Below are positions 21,466 through 32,000 of a stretch of 32,000 bases of DNA, piece by piece. The DNA is taken from assembly GCF_000009605.1 (NCBI RefSeq), contig NC_002528.1, forward strand, positions 270,001 to 302,000. Reading direction: 5' to 3'. Below the pieces are notes generated by a model. It made no database searches. It saw only the letters and a program-made list of their open reading frames with translations, and was not told the DNA's origin. Both the position numbers and the translations under genes were made by a program. The stretch comes from Buchnera aphidicola str. APS (Acyrthosiphon pisum). Its GTDB lineage: Bacteria; Pseudomonadota; Gammaproteobacteria; Enterobacterales; Enterobacteriaceae. The stretch's first letter is position 1, and each line of letters starts with the position of its first letter.

Positions 21466-23415
21466 ATGTTTCAAAATAATCCATTACTTACACAGTTAAA
21501 AAAAAACCTACATGCTAAATCACCACGTGTTGAAGGCATAGTAAAAAGCACTGAAAGAGGATTTGGATTTTTAGAAGTTGATCCGCAAAAAAGTTATTTT
21601 ATACCTCCAAAAAATATGAAAAATGTTATGCATGGAGATAAAATAATTGCATTATTAACAACAGAAAAAGATCGAGAAATAGTTGAACCTGAAAAATTAA
21701 TTGAACCTTTTCTAAATAGATTTGTTGGAAAAATAGAGAAAAAAGACAATCGCTTATTTATTGTTCCAGATTATCCGTTTTTAAAAGATCTTATAACATG
21801 TCAACCTAACAAAAATTGTATCAATATTTTTCAAAACGGAGATTGGGCTGTAGCTCAATTAAAAAAACATAAACTCAAAGGAGATCATCTTTTTTATGCT
21901 GAGTTAACTGAAAAAATTACTCAAGAAGATGATCCATTAATACCATGGTGGGTAACTCTAGCACGTCACGATCTTGACAGGAAAGAACCTTTAGCAGAAG
22001 ACGATGATCTTATATTAAAAGAAAGCGATAATAGAAAAGATTTAACAGATTTAGATTTTATTACTATCGATAATACAAATACAAAAGATATTGATGATGC
22101 TCTTTTTGTAAGTGAAAAAAATAATGGAGATATTTCTTTAATTGTCGCTATTGCAGATCCAACCGCTTATATTAAACATGGTAGTAAATTAGATGTTATA
22201 GCATCTAAAAGAATATTTACAAATTATTTACCAGGTTTTAACATTCCTATGTTACCCCGTAATTTATCAGAAGATATATGTTCATTAAATCCTAACAAAC
22301 GTCGCCCTGTATTGGCATGTCATATTACGGTTTTAAAAAATGGAAATATCTCTAATAAAATTGAGTTTTTTTTAGCCTGGATTAAATCAAAATCAAAATT
22401 ATCTTACGATCATGTTTCAGATTGGATTGAAAAAATAGGGTCATGGATACCACCAACAAAATCTATTGCAAATCAAATATTAATTTTACATCGTCTATGT
22501 TTATTACGTATAAAATGGCGCAAAAAAAATGCAGTGTTATTTAAGGATAGCATAGAATATCGCTTCCATGTATCAGAACATGGAAAAATCATAGATGTGT
22601 TAATTGAAAAAAGGCGTATTGCTCATAAAATTATTGAAGAATCTATGATAGTAGCAAATATATCTGCTGCTAATTTTTTATCTAAAAATATTGGTTTTGG
22701 TATATATAATGTTCATTCTGGTTTTGATCTTGTTAATGCTGAAAATGCAGTATCCTTTTTGAGAAGTTACAATTTAAACTTTACTGTGAAAGAAATAACT
22801 ACATTGAAAGGTTTTTGTAATCTAAGACGTGTATTGAATATTATATCTAATAATTACATCGATAGTCGTATCCGTCGTTTTCAATCTTTTGGAGATTTCA
22901 GTACTATACCAGGACCACATTTTGCACTTGGTTTTTCAGAATATGCAACCTGGACTTCTCCTATTCGTAAATATAGTGATATGATTAATCATCGTTTATT
23001 AAAATCTATTATAAAAAAAGAAAAGTCAATTAAACCTGGTGAAGATATTAAAATAAAAATAAGTGAACAAAGACGACGTAATAGAATGGCTGAAAGAGAT
23101 GTTTTAGATTGGCTTTATACTATATTTTTACAGAAAAAAAAATATCAAAACCAAAAATTTAACGCGGAAATAACTGATATTTCTAGGAGTGGAATAAGAG
23201 CCAGATTAATAGAAAATGGTGCTAATGTTTTTATTCCTGGAACTCTAATACATCCTATTAGAGAAGAATTAAATTTTAATCAAGAATCAGGAAAAGTTTT
23301 TATTAATGGTATTATGCATTATAAAATATCTGATTTGATTCAAGTCACTTTATCAGATATTCGTTTGAAAACTCGTAGTATTATTGCCAAACCTGTATTT
23401 GAAAAATTTAAATAA
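21466..23415 (+). CDS. rnb: Exoribonuclease II
   Basis: Start refined from 21451 to ATG 21466 (MFQNNPLLTQLKKNL); 'DFITIDNTNTKDIDDALFV', 'YATWTSPIRKYSDMINHRLL', S1 domain at C-terminus. Confidence 0.96.
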   Translation: MFQNNPLLTQLKKNLHAKSPRVEGIVKSTERGFGFLEVDPQKSYFIPPKNMKNVMHGDKIIALLTTEKDREIVEPEKLIEPFLNRFVGKIEKKDNRLFIVPDYPFLKDLITCQPNKNCINIFQNGDWAVAQLKKHKLKGDHLFYAELTEKITQEDDPLIPWWVTLARHDLDRKEPLAEDDDLILKESDNRKDLTDLDFITIDNTNTKDIDDALFVSEKNNGDISLIVAIADPTAYIKHGSKLDVIASKRIFTNYLPGFNIPMLPRNLSEDICSLNPNKRRPVLACHITVLKNGNISNKIEFFLAWIKSKSKLSYDHVSDWIEKIGSWIPPTKSIANQILILHRLCLLRIKWRKKNAVLFKDSIEYRFHVSEHGKIIDVLIEKRRIAHKIIEESMIVANISAANFLSKNIGFGIYNVHSGFDLVNAENAVSFLRSYNLNFTVKEITTLKGFCNLRRVLNIISNNYIDSRIRRFQSFGDFSTIPGPHFALGFSEYATWTSPIRKYSDMINHRLLKSIIKKEKSIKPGEDIKIKISEQRRRNRMAERDVLDWLYTIFLQKKKYQNQKFNAEITDISRSGIRARLIENGANVFIPGTLIHPIREELNFNQESGKVFINGIMHYKISDLIQVTLSDIRLKTRSIIAKPVFEKFK

Positions 23416-23523
23416 GAAATAAATATGCTATTTTATTCAGTATAAAAATCAGAAGACTACCTGAAACATAATAAAAATTTTTTCAATAAGTTATGAAAAT
23501 TAAATATAAATTAGGAGTATAAT

Positions 23524-24171
23524 ATGAATATTTCAATTTTTGATTTATCTATATATATAAAATTTTTTATAGGTTTATGTGCTTTAGTTAATCCAATTGG
23601 AATGATTCCTATCTTTACAACTATGACAAATAATCAATCTTTTTTAGAAAGAAAGAAGACTAATATAGTAGCTAATTTTTCAGTATCATTAATTTTATTA
23701 ATATCATTATTTTTTGGTAGTAATATTTTAAATATTTTTGGTATATCTATTAATTCTTTTCGTATTGCTGGTGGAATTCTAATTATTAGCATAGCTTTTT
23801 CTATGATTAGCGGTCAATTCATTAAAACAATAAAAACTAAAAAAGAAACAAAAGAAGAAAATAAAATAGATAATATTAGTGTTGTTCCCTTGGCAATGCC
23901 TTTAATTGCTGGTCCAGGGGCAATTAGTTCTACTATTGTTTGGAGTACTTATTATTCAAGTTGGGCTAATTTATTTTTATGTAGTTTAGTAATTTTCTTA
24001 TTTTCTTTTGTTTGTTGGTTATGTTTTGAAGCTGCTCCATATGTTGTGCAAATTCTAGGAAACACAGGAATTAATATCATTACTCGTATTATGGGTTTAT
24101 TATTAATGTCTCTTGGAATAGAGTTTATTAGTACTGGTATAGGTGCTATTTTCCCAGGATTATTACATTGA
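23524..24171 (+). CDS. ychE: MarC-family (UPF0056) integral membrane protein, YchE-like
   Basis: 215-aa hydrophobic ORF; 'FIGLCALVNPIGMIPIFTTMT', 'VVPLAMPLIAGPGAISSTIV', 'GINIITRIMGLLLMSLGIEFI'. Confidence 0.87.
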   Translation: MNISIFDLSIYIKFFIGLCALVNPIGMIPIFTTMTNNQSFLERKKTNIVANFSVSLILLISLFFGSNILNIFGISINSFRIAGGILIISIAFSMISGQFIKTIKTKKETKEENKIDNISVVPLAMPLIAGPGAISSTIVWSTYYSSWANLFLCSLVIFLFSFVCWLCFEAAPYVVQILGNTGINIITRIMGLLLMSLGIEFISTGIGAIFPGLLH

Positions 24172-24208
24172 TCTATTTTTTTATATTTAAATTTTTACCG
24201 GATGATTC

Positions 24209-24844
24209 TTGAAAAAAAAAATTATTTTTTTGCGTAATTTAGGAATAGAACATTGGTTAACAACATTTAATAAAATGAATAATTTTATTATATCACGCAA
24301 TCCTTGTACTTACGATGAAATTTGGTTTGTAGAACATTATCCTATTTTTACTCAAGGGCAATCGAATGAACAAAAAAATTTAATTGTTTCTAATGATATT
24401 CCAGTAGTACAAACTAACAGAGGCGGTCAAATTACATATCACGGACCCGGACAACAGATATTATATTTTTTAATTGATCTAAAACGTAGAAAAATGAATA
24501 TTCGTCAATTAATAAATATAATGGAACAAACAGTAATTGAAACTTTAAACAATTTTTCTATTCAAGCATACACTAAAAAAAAAATGCCAGGTGTATATAT
24601 TAATGAAAAAAAAATATGTTCTTTAGGATTGCGCATAAAAAAAGGGTTTACTCTTCATGGTTTAGCATTAAATGTTAATATGAATTTAACACCATTTAAC
24701 TACATTCATCCTTGCGGAGATAAAAATATGAAGATGACACAAATAAAAGATTTTAATTCAAATGTTAAATTAAAAGATGTAAGGTTTATTTTAATTAAAG
24801 AGTTATCTAAATTTTTAGAAATTTTTATAATCAACAGTAATTAA
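24209..24844 (+). CDS. lipB: Octanoyltransferase
   Basis: 211-aa ORF (TTG start); 'RGGQITYHGPGQQILYFLIDLKRR', 'GVYINEKKICSLGLRIKKGFTLHGLALNVNMNLTPF.YIHPCG'. Confidence 0.95.
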   Translation: MKKKIIFLRNLGIEHWLTTFNKMNNFIISRNPCTYDEIWFVEHYPIFTQGQSNEQKNLIVSNDIPVVQTNRGGQITYHGPGQQILYFLIDLKRRKMNIRQLINIMEQTVIETLNNFSIQAYTKKKMPGVYINEKKICSLGLRIKKGFTLHGLALNVNMNLTPFNYIHPCGDKNMKMTQIKDFNSNVKLKDVRFILIKELSKFLEIFIINSN

Positions 24845-24962
24845 AATAAAAAATTCACTAAATAAATTTTGTTTTTTTATCTTAAATTTCTCCGTATAAG
24901 AATTATTTTAAAGTTAATTTTCAACATATATTTTCATCTTTGTAATTGAGATAATAAATTGT

Positions 24963-25934
24963 ATGAAAAAAAATAAAGATGTTTTATTAAAAAATAAAAT
25001 ATTAAAAAAATTAAATATTATCAATATTAAAAATCTTGATAACATTAAAGAAAAATTAAAAAAACCTGATTGGATAAAAATTAAAATACCCGTTAATACG
25101 TCTCGTATATATCAAATAAAAAATGCTTTACGTAAAAATAATCTATATTCTGTTTGTGAAGAAGCTCATTGTCCAAATTTATCTGAATGTTTTAATAATG
25201 GTACTGCAACATTCATGATTCTAGGATCTATATGCACACGAAACTGTCCTTTTTGCGCTGTTTTTCACGGAAGACCTAATCCTGTAAATGTAGAAGAACC
25301 TCAAAAATTATCTGATACTATTTTTGATATGGGGATTAATTATGTAGTAATTACCTCAGTAGTACGTGATGACTTATATGATGGGGGAGCTGAACATTTC
25401 GTTAATTGTATCAAGGCTATTAAAAATAAAAATCAAGTAAAAATTGAAATATTAGTTCCAGACTTTCGAGGAAGAATAGAATTAATTTTAAATATTTTTA
25501 ATAAGGCATTGCCTGATATTTTTAATCATAATATAGAAAATGTTCCTAGACTGTTTAAAAAAATTCGTCCAGGAGCAAATTATCAAAGATCATTATTATT
25601 ATTAGAGTCGTTTAAAAAAAAATATTGCAGTGTATTAACTAAATCAGGTTTAATGTTGGGTCTGGGTGAAAAAGATGTAGAAATTATTCAAGTAATGAAA
25701 GATCTTTATTCAAGTGGTGTAACGTTATTAACGGTAGGTCAATATCTTCAACCTAGTATTCATCATTTACCAGTAAAACGGTATATACCTCTTTCAGAAT
25801 TTGAAAATATAAAAAAAGAAGCTTTATCGATTGGGTTTACTAATGCTTTTTGTGGTCCTTTTATTCGTTCATCATATCATGCTAGTTTTCAATCGCATTT
25901 ACCTATTAAAAATAATGATATTAATAATATTTAA
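24963..25934 (+). CDS. lipA: Lipoyl synthase
   Basis: 323-aa ORF; '[35 protein letters not shown]', '[10 protein letters not shown]', '[11 protein letters not shown]'. Confidence 0.98.
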   Translation: MKKNKDVLLKNKILKKLNIINIKNLDNIKEKLKKPDWIKIKIPVNTSRIYQIKNALRKNNLYSVCEEAHCPNLSECFNNGTATFMILGSICTRNCPFCAVFHGRPNPVNVEEPQKLSDTIFDMGINYVVITSVVRDDLYDGGAEHFVNCIKAIKNKNQVKIEILVPDFRGRIELILNIFNKALPDIFNHNIENVPRLFKKIRPGANYQRSLLLLESFKKKYCSVLTKSGLMLGLGEKDVEIIQVMKDLYSSGVTLLTVGQYLQPSIHHLPVKRYIPLSEFENIKKEALSIGFTNAFCGPFIRSSYHASFQSHLPIKNNDINNI

Positions 25935-26038
25935 CAGTTAACTTTTATATGTAATGTAATTAGAATATTTTACATCGAAAAATATATAGAAAATAATATT
26001 TTTTTAATTATATATATTTTTTATACTAGAGGTCTATA

Positions 26039-26749
26039 GTGTTGAATCCTAATATTTTTCACATGCCGAAAATAATCATTGCGTTAGATTTCTGTAATAA
26101 AAAGTCCGCTATGAAATTAGTAAATCTTCTTAATCCATCAATTTTTTATTTAAAAATTGGAAAAGAAATGTTTACAATTCTAGGTTGCAAATTTGTCAAA
26201 GAATTACACCAACTAGGATTTAATATATTTCTTGATTTAAAATTTCATGATATTCCGAATACTGTATTTAACGCTACAAAGGCGGCAGCTGATTTAGGGA
26301 TATGGATGTTAAGTGTTCATGCTTCTGGTGGTAAAGAAATGCTAATCTCGGCAAAAAAAGCATTAAAATCTTTTAAAAAAGCTCCTTTATTGATAGCCGT
26401 TACAGCATTAACTAGTTTTAAAGAAGAAGCATTAAAAGAAATTGGAATTAATATTTCATTAACTGAATATATTTTAAAATTATCAAAATTATCTAATGAT
26501 TGTGGATTAGATGGTATTGTATGTCCAGGTAAAGAAGCAAAGAAAATCAAGTTTTTATTTGGAAATAAATATAAAATTATTACGCCAGGTATTAGAATTG
26601 CTAAAGATTTACTATATGATCAAAATAACATTATTACTCCTAAAGAAGCAAAAGAATATAAAATAGATTACATAGTAATAGGACGTTCTATTACTATGTC
26701 AAAAAATCCAATTAAAAAATTAGATTTAATAATAAAATCGATGCAATAA
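26039..26749 (+). CDS. pyrF: Orotidine 5'-phosphate decarboxylase
   Basis: 236-aa ORF (GTG start, upstream GAGG); '[20 protein letters not shown]', 'LKIGKEMFT', '[14 protein letters not shown]', 'TPGIR...IVIGRSIT'. Confidence 0.97.
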   Translation: MLNPNIFHMPKIIIALDFCNKKSAMKLVNLLNPSIFYLKIGKEMFTILGCKFVKELHQLGFNIFLDLKFHDIPNTVFNATKAAADLGIWMLSVHASGGKEMLISAKKALKSFKKAPLLIAVTALTSFKEEALKEIGINISLTEYILKLSKLSNDCGLDGIVCPGKEAKKIKFLFGNKYKIITPGIRIAKDLLYDQNNIITPKEAKEYKIDYIVIGRSITMSKNPIKKLDLIIKSMQ

Positions 26750-26796
26750 ATAACAATTTTAAAAAATATTTATTTAATTGTAAATTAGGAGAATTT

Positions 26797-27381
26797 ATGC
26801 AATTAATAGAAAAAGCCATGTTACCTACTCCTTGGGGAAATTTTCTTATCTTTGGTTTTGAAGAAAAGAAAAATGGGAAAAATCATGTTGCTCTTGTATA
26901 TGGTGATATAAAAACAAACACTCCTACTCTTTCTAGAGTACATTCAGAATGTCTAACAGGAGATGCTTTTTTTAGTTTACGTTGTGATTGCGGTAGTCAA
27001 CTAGAAATGTCTATGAAAAGAATTTCTCAGGAAGGCAGTGGTGTATTAATTTATCATCGTCAGGAAGGGAGGAATATTGGTCTTCTTAACAAAATAAAAG
27101 CATACGCTTTACAAGATAGAGGCTTAGACACGGTTCAAGCAAATCAAAAACTTGGTTTTTCTGCAGATGAGAGAGATTTTTCATTATGCGCTGATATATT
27201 TAATATATTAAATATTAAAAAAATTCGTTTATTAACAAATAATCCATTTAAAGTGCAGATGCTGAGTGATGCCGGAATAAATATTGTAGAACGTGTTCCT
27301 CTTATTGTAAAAAAAAATCCTAAAAATGCTTATTATTTAAAAACTAAAGCTGAAAAAATGGGTCACTTGTTGTCTGAATAA
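26797..27381 (+). CDS. ribA: GTP cyclohydrolase II
   Basis: 194-aa ORF; '[22 protein letters not shown]', '[24 protein letters not shown]', 'LLTNNPFKV'. Confidence 0.97.
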   Translation: MQLIEKAMLPTPWGNFLIFGFEEKKNGKNHVALVYGDIKTNTPTLSRVHSECLTGDAFFSLRCDCGSQLEMSMKRISQEGSGVLIYHRQEGRNIGLLNKIKAYALQDRGLDTVQANQKLGFSADERDFSLCADIFNILNIKKIRLLTNNPFKVQMLSDAGINIVERVPLIVKKNPKNAYYLKTKAEKMGHLLSE

Positions 27382-27453
27382 GTACGATTAATTATTTAAT
27401 AATATAAATTTAATTTTGAATTTGTAAAAATAAATTTTACTGTTTAAGGAGTA

Positions 27454-27474
27454 GGGGTTTTTTTGATGAACCCC
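27454..27474. terminator. Possible terminator/hairpin between convergent ribA and hns
   Basis: GGGGTT...AACCCC, 6 bp stem with 9-nt loop, between the ribA stop (27381) and hns stop (27485). No strong U tract directly after the stem. Confidence 0.4.
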
Positions 27475-27484
27475 CGGATTAAAA

Positions 27485-27892
27485 TTATAACAAAAAATCT
27501 TCTAATATTTTTTTACGCTCTAAAATAGCATTTTTAATAACTGATGGAGTGCGACCTTGACCAGTCCATGTTTTAAAATCTCCGTTTTTATTAATATATT
27601 TATATTTTGCTGGTCTTTTAGGTCTTTTGCGTTTTTCTGATGATTTAATAGAATTAGTTTTTGTTAGTAATTCGTTAGGGTTAATACCATCAGCAATCAA
27701 CATTTCTCTATATTTTTTTAATTTTATTGCCCTCTGTGCTATTTCTTCTTTTATTTTCTTTTCTTCTTTTTTTCTTTCATTAATAACAACTTTAAATTTT
27801 TCTAATATTTCCTCTAGAATTTCTAAAGAACATTCTCGTGAATGTACACGAAGTGTACGAATATTATTTAGAATTTTTAGTATTTCATTCAT
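27485..27892 (-). CDS. hns: DNA-binding protein H-NS
   Basis: Likely ATG ending 27892 ([44 protein letters not shown]); '[17 protein letters not shown]' and DNA-binding '[17 protein letters not shown]'. Track ORF extends to 27919. Confidence 0.95.
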   Translation of the reverse strand: MNEILKILNNIRTLRVHSRECSLEILEEILEKFKVVINERKKEEKKIKEEIAQRAIKLKKYREMLIADGINPNELLTKTNSIKSSEKRKRPKRPAKYKYINKNGDFKTWTGQGRTPSVIKNAILERKKILEDFLL

Positions 27893-28237
27893 CATCATGT
27901 TCTCATTATATCCGTTCAAGGTAAAAATTTTTTTACTTAAAAATTAATATCAAAAATGAGAAATTAATAATTTTAATATATTTAAAAGAACTGATTTATT
28001 AAAACTATAAAAATTTTTCTTATAAAATATTATATAAAAAATTTTTACACTTTGGCACTTAAAATATATAAAAATTAAACAAAATACTACGTTTTTATAT
28101 AAATATATAACATGGTTTTGTTGTACGTACAATATAATGATTTCATAAAATATAAATATATATATTTATTATAGTGAAATATTCTATTGATAAAATAAAA
28201 TTTATTATTGATTAAAATTTTTTAAAAATTGTTATTA

Positions 28238-29698
28238 TTACAATAATGGACTTAAAAAGTAAAATATTTTTTCAAGAATTCTTTTCCAATATGCGCGCAT
28301 AGACCAAGCTTTTTTATCTATTAACTGGGAATCAGAAATATATTTATTTTGTATACAAAACAAATTACGTCCAAAATCACTATCATCAATAACCAAAGTT
28401 ATTTCGAAATTTAACCAAAGACTTCTCATATCTAGATTAACAGTCCCAATTAAACTTAGTTGTTGATCTACTAATATACTTTTACTATGTAATAATCCTT
28501 TTTGAAATTGAAAAATTTTTACACCTGCTTCTAATAACTCACTAAAAAAAACTCTACTGGCCCATTTTACTAAAATAGAATCATTATATAAAGGTATAAT
28601 GATGCTAACTTCTACTCCTCTTTGAGCTGCAGTACAAATAGCTTCTAATAAATCTTCACTAGGAACTAAATAAGGGGTAGTTATGATTAATTCACGTTTA
28701 GCTGAATAAATAGCTGTCAATAACGCTTGATGAATCATATTTTTAAGAAAACCCGGTCCGGATGCAATTACTTGAATACTAGCGTTTTTATTAGATTGAT
28801 TTTCTAACATTTTTTTATTTGGTAATTGAGGCAAGATTTTTAAACCTGTTTCAATTTCCCAATCACAAGAGTAAATTATACCCATTGTTGTAGCAATAGG
28901 CCCTTCTATTCTTGTCATTAGATCAATCCATTGTCCAATTTCAGAAGATTTTTTAAATAAATAAGGATCTACAAGATTCATGCTACCAGAATATGCAATA
29001 TAATTATCAATTAATATAATTTTTCTGTGTTGTCTAACATCAACACGTCTTAAAAAAACTCGTAATAAATTCACTTTTAAAGCTTCTACTACTTGAATTC
29101 CAGATTTTCTCATAATTTCAACCCAGGGGCTCTGAAAAAATTCAATACTTCCTGCTGAATCAAGCATTAATCTACAATGTATTCCACGTTTTGCAGAATC
29201 AATCAGAGCTATTGCCACATCATCTGCCATCCCACCTGGTTTCCAAATATAAAAAACCATTTCAATATTTTTACGTGCTAAATAAATATCACGTATTAAT
29301 ATTTGCATAATTTTCTTGGTATTAGTTAATAATTTAATTTTCTTGCTTTTAATTCCGTGTAGACCTTGTCTATTTTTACATAACTGAAATATAGAAGTAG
29401 CTACTTCACTATTTTTTATTTGAAAAATATATGTACAAGACTTTAATTCATGAAGCCATTTATTAGAAATGGACCATATTCTATTTGCAATTTTTTTTTG
29501 TCTTTTCCCTAAATAAAGCTCACCAAAAAAAAACCAAATAGAAATACCAATAAAAGGAATAATATAAATTGTTAGTAACCAAGACATGGAATAAGGTATA
29601 TTGCGGCGTTTAATTAAGACTCGAAAGGTAATATTAGCAATTAGTAACCAATATGTTGAAAAAATTAAACATTTGATTAAATTATAGAAAATATCCAT
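28238..29698 (-). CDS. cls: Cardiolipin synthase A
   Basis: 486-aa ORF with N-terminal TM segments and two HKD motifs '[21 protein letters not shown]' and '[23 protein letters not shown]'. Confidence 0.96.
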   Translation of the reverse strand: MDIFYNLIKCLIFSTYWLLIANITFRVLIKRRNIPYSMSWLLTIYIIPFIGISIWFFFGELYLGKRQKKIANRIWSISNKWLHELKSCTYIFQIKNSEVATSIFQLCKNRQGLHGIKSKKIKLLTNTKKIMQILIRDIYLARKNIEMVFYIWKPGGMADDVAIALIDSAKRGIHCRLMLDSAGSIEFFQSPWVEIMRKSGIQVVEALKVNLLRVFLRRVDVRQHRKIILIDNYIAYSGSMNLVDPYLFKKSSEIGQWIDLMTRIEGPIATTMGIIYSCDWEIETGLKILPQLPNKKMLENQSNKNASIQVIASGPGFLKNMIHQALLTAIYSAKRELIITTPYLVPSEDLLEAICTAAQRGVEVSIIIPLYNDSILVKWASRVFFSELLEAGVKIFQFQKGLLHSKSILVDQQLSLIGTVNLDMRSLWLNFEITLVIDDSDFGRNLFCIQNKYISDSQLIDKKAWSMRAYWKRILEKIFYFLSPLL

Positions 29699-29879
29699 CC
29701 ATTGAAGGTCCTATTTATGATTTTGTCAAAAGATCTTCTATTTAATTAAATATTTTTTATTTTTTTAGAAAAGTATATATAATATTTAAAGTAGTAGAAT
29801 AATGTATATATATTAAAACTTATTCATGAATATAAAAAATGAATCTGATTCTAAAAATTAATAAAAAAATTATTTTTTT

Positions 29880-29950
29880 GTTCAACACTTTTTAAAAAAC
29901 AGCGATTTAGCAATAAATAAAAATATAATTAGTTTTATCCAGTGTTGAAC
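29880..29950. repeat. Perfect 10-bp inverted repeat with 51-nt spacer in the cls/yciA intergenic region
   Basis: GTTCAACACT (29880-29889) and AGTGTTGAAC (29941-29950) are exact reverse complements. Confidence 0.8.
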
Positions 29951-30078
29951 GTAATATTTTGAAAATATTTTTTATAAGAAAACAATAATTTTTTATAAGT
30001 ATATATTTTTTAAAATTTTTTAAGTGAATGTAAAAGAATTAAAAATAATGACTTCTATTTTACAATAAATCATATTAT

Positions 30079-30486
30079 TTAAATAATACTCATAGGTAAT
30101 AACTCACGGGGTTGTCCCGTCTTATTAATAGCTACATAAATAAATATTGCTTCTGCAGCACAGTAGTATTGACCTAATGGTTTAGAATAAATTTTTTTAA
30201 TCCATATTTCTACATTAATTTTAATAGAACTTTTTCCAATTTTAATGCAATTTGCATAACAATTAACAATATCACCAACTGACACAGATTTTAGAAAATT
30301 AATACTATCAACACGTACAGTAGCTACCTTGCCACCAGAAATTTCTTTAGCCAATATTGCGCCGCCTAGATCCATTTGAGACATAATCCAACCACCAAAA
30401 ATATCACCATTAGCATTAATATTTTCAGGCATTGAAAGTGTTTTTAACACTATTATTCCCTTTGGTAATTTATTTTTTTCTGACAT
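30079..30486 (-). CDS. yciA: Acyl-CoA thioester hydrolase YciA
   Basis: Start refined from 30501 to ATG ending 30486; 'MPENINANGDIFGGWIMSQMDLGGAILAKEISGGKVATVRVDSINFLKSVSVGDIV', hotdog-fold thioesterase. Confidence 0.95.
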   Translation of the reverse strand: MSEKNKLPKGIIVLKTLSMPENINANGDIFGGWIMSQMDLGGAILAKEISGGKVATVRVDSINFLKSVSVGDIVNCYANCIKIGKSSIKINVEIWIKKIYSKPLGQYYCAAEAIFIYVAINKTGQPRELLPMSII

Positions 30487-30522
30487 TATTAAAATGTTCA
30501 CTCTATTATTAGGTTATAAAAA

Positions 30523-31056
30523 TTATTTATTTTTTGATATTTTACAATTGATATAGATACTTGTTATTAAAATTAAAAAAAATGTTAAAGATGTAAAACC
30601 AAAAACTTTAAAATTTACCCATATAGTTTCTGAAAAATAATATGCTATATAAATGTTTAAAATAGCGCAAAATAAAAAAAATAAAGACCAGATAAAATTA
30701 ATTTTGCGCCAATAAATATTAGATATTTTTATATCTTTTTCTAAAAATCTTTGTATCATTGGTTTTCTTGTAAAAAATTGACTAATTAATAATACTAAAG
30801 AAAAAATTATATAAATAATTGTTATTTTCCATTTAATAAATTGACTGTTATGAAAAAAGATTGTTAGAGAACCAAAAAAAAAGACTGAAAGAAAACTAAA
30901 TAAACTAATTTTATCTATTTCATTATAAAAAATCCAATGGATTATACATATTAATCCCGATATAACAATTAGCGAACCAGAAGCTATAAAAATATCATAA
31001 AATTTATAAAATATGAAAAATATGAACATTGGTAATATATTTAATATTTGTTTCAT
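30523..31056 (-). CDS. yciB: Intermembrane/inner-membrane septation protein YciB (IspZ family)
   Basis: Start refined from 31080 (MKQILNILPMFIFFIFYKFYDIFIASG); 'FFHNSQFIKWKITIIY', 'NIWVNFKVFGFTSLTF'. Confidence 0.93.
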   Translation of the reverse strand: MKQILNILPMFIFFIFYKFYDIFIASGSLIVISGLICIIHWIFYNEIDKISLFSFLSVFFFGSLTIFFHNSQFIKWKITIIYIIFSLVLLISQFFTRKPMIQRFLEKDIKISNIYWRKINFIWSLFFLFCAILNIYIAYYFSETIWVNFKVFGFTSLTFFLILITSIYINCKISKNK

Positions 31057-31083
31057 AATATAAACCTGAATAATTTTCAATTT

Positions 31084-31827
31084 TTAAGAACGCAAGAAAA
31101 TCATATAAAATCGAAATAAGTATATAATTAAAATCGAAAATAGTATATTCATACTAATATTTGATATTAAAAATAGAACGTTTTTGTTAATCAAAGAAAA
31201 ATGAGCTAGCAACATAGTTAAAATAAACTTACCACACATCCAAAATAATACACCTGGTCCTATTATTTTTATATATTTCCAAGAAATATACATACTAAGA
31301 CGAATAGAATCTAGTAATCTATTCTTTTTAAAAAATAAAATAATAGGAGATAAAGATAGTATTATAGATAATAATATTCCTGGGATAATTAACAACATAA
31401 AACCTATCTGAATAATAAAAGTAGTTAAAAAATTTAATATAAATAAACTTGGAAAAAATAAAAAAAAAGTTCTTATTGATGATACAATTGATTTTTTTTT
31501 AGGTTCAGATACAACAGAAATTAAAATGATAATACTTCCTAATAATGTGGTTTTACTAATTAATGATTCCATAATTTTTAAAATAGAATATTTTAATAAT
31601 TCATGTTTTTCATTTAAATTCATATTTTGAATGAATTCTAATAATGAGCTAGTGTTGATAAATTTATTATTTTCCATTATAGACACAATATGCATATCTG
31701 GTTTAATAAACATATCTATTAATATATTCATAAAAGTAGCAAATATAGATATAAAAAAAATAGCTCCTATTTTTTTGTAAAAAAAATGATGCGTATCATG
31801 ACGTAATTTATTTACTGTAATCGGCAT
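31084..31827 (-). CDS. yciC: YciC-family inner membrane protein (UPF0259)
   Basis: Multi-TM ORF; likely ATG ending 31827 (MPITVNKLRHDTHHFFYKK); position upstream of yciB/yciA matches E. coli yciC-yciB-yciA. Confidence 0.82.
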   Translation of the reverse strand: MPITVNKLRHDTHHFFYKKIGAIFFISIFATFMNILIDMFIKPDMHIVSIMENNKFINTSSLLEFIQNMNLNEKHELLKYSILKIMESLISKTTLLGSIIILISVVSEPKKKSIVSSIRTFFLFFPSLFILNFLTTFIIQIGFMLLIIPGILLSIILSLSPIILFFKKNRLLDSIRLSMYISWKYIKIIGPGVLFWMCGKFILTMLLAHFSLINKNVLFLISNISMNILFSILIIYLFRFYMIFLRS

Positions 31828-31931
31828 ATGTATATTCCTTATAAATAACTTTATATGATGCAAAGATTATACATATTATTTGATATGAGAATGTTTTTAA
31901 AACATAAAAGATTACATATTATATAAAAATA

Positions 31932-32000
31932 TTATTCTAATTTAGTAGAAAGTTTTAATAAATGAGTAAATTTTTTTATTTCTTTAATCATTTTTTTTTC
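31932..32000 (-). CDS. trpA: Probable 3' end of tryptophan synthase alpha subunit (partial)
   Basis: Minus-strand open frame ending at stop 31932-31934 (...MIKEIKKFTHLLKLSTKLE*); only about 22 codons visible. Identity rests mainly on known gene order next to yciC. Confidence 0.5.
   Translation of the reverse strand, partial: EKKMIKEIKKFTHLLKLSTKLE

Noticed and set aside
27627-27947. 106-aa plus-strand ORF
   Set aside because: Antisense to hns, which has clear family-level sequence; no independent support.
27950-28132. 60-aa minus-strand ORF upstream of hns
   Set aside because: Needs a TTG start within the TTGTACGTACAA palindrome, composition is low-complexity A/T, and no recognisable motif.

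Overview
The window is ordinary chromosomal backbone of a reduced, very AT-rich gammaproteobacterial genome. Protein sequences and gene order (flhA–argS–rrs–tRNA-Ile–tRNA-Ala–gloB–rnhA–dnaQ–tRNA-Asp … lepA–mnmA–hflD–purB … ribA–hns–cls–yciA–yciB–yciC–[trpA]) match the aphid endosymbiont Buchnera aphidicola. I recognise 29 protein-coding genes, two of them partial at the window edges. There is also a 16S rRNA gene with promoter, boxA-like leader and RNase III-type flanking stem, and three tRNAs. I find no CRISPR array, mobile element, phage, toxin–antitoxin or defence system, and no evidence of a novel multi-gene system. The points worth a second look are small. (1) rnhA is split by an A11 homopolymer. 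(2) The mltE-like lytic transglycosylase has its C-terminus out of frame at an A9 tract and has lost the lipobox cysteine. (3) The rRNA operon is split: 16S and the Ile/Ala tRNAs are not followed by 23S, yet the 16S processing stem is kept. (4) The gloB stop codon lies inside the tRNA-Ala acceptor stem, and CCA is encoded for tRNA-Ile but not for Ala or Asp. (5) A GC-richer island with a nested hairpin lies between the convergent genes flhA and argS. (6) A perfect 10-bp inverted repeat lies in the cls/yciA gap. All gene names come from my recall of family and E. coli sequences, not from a database search.
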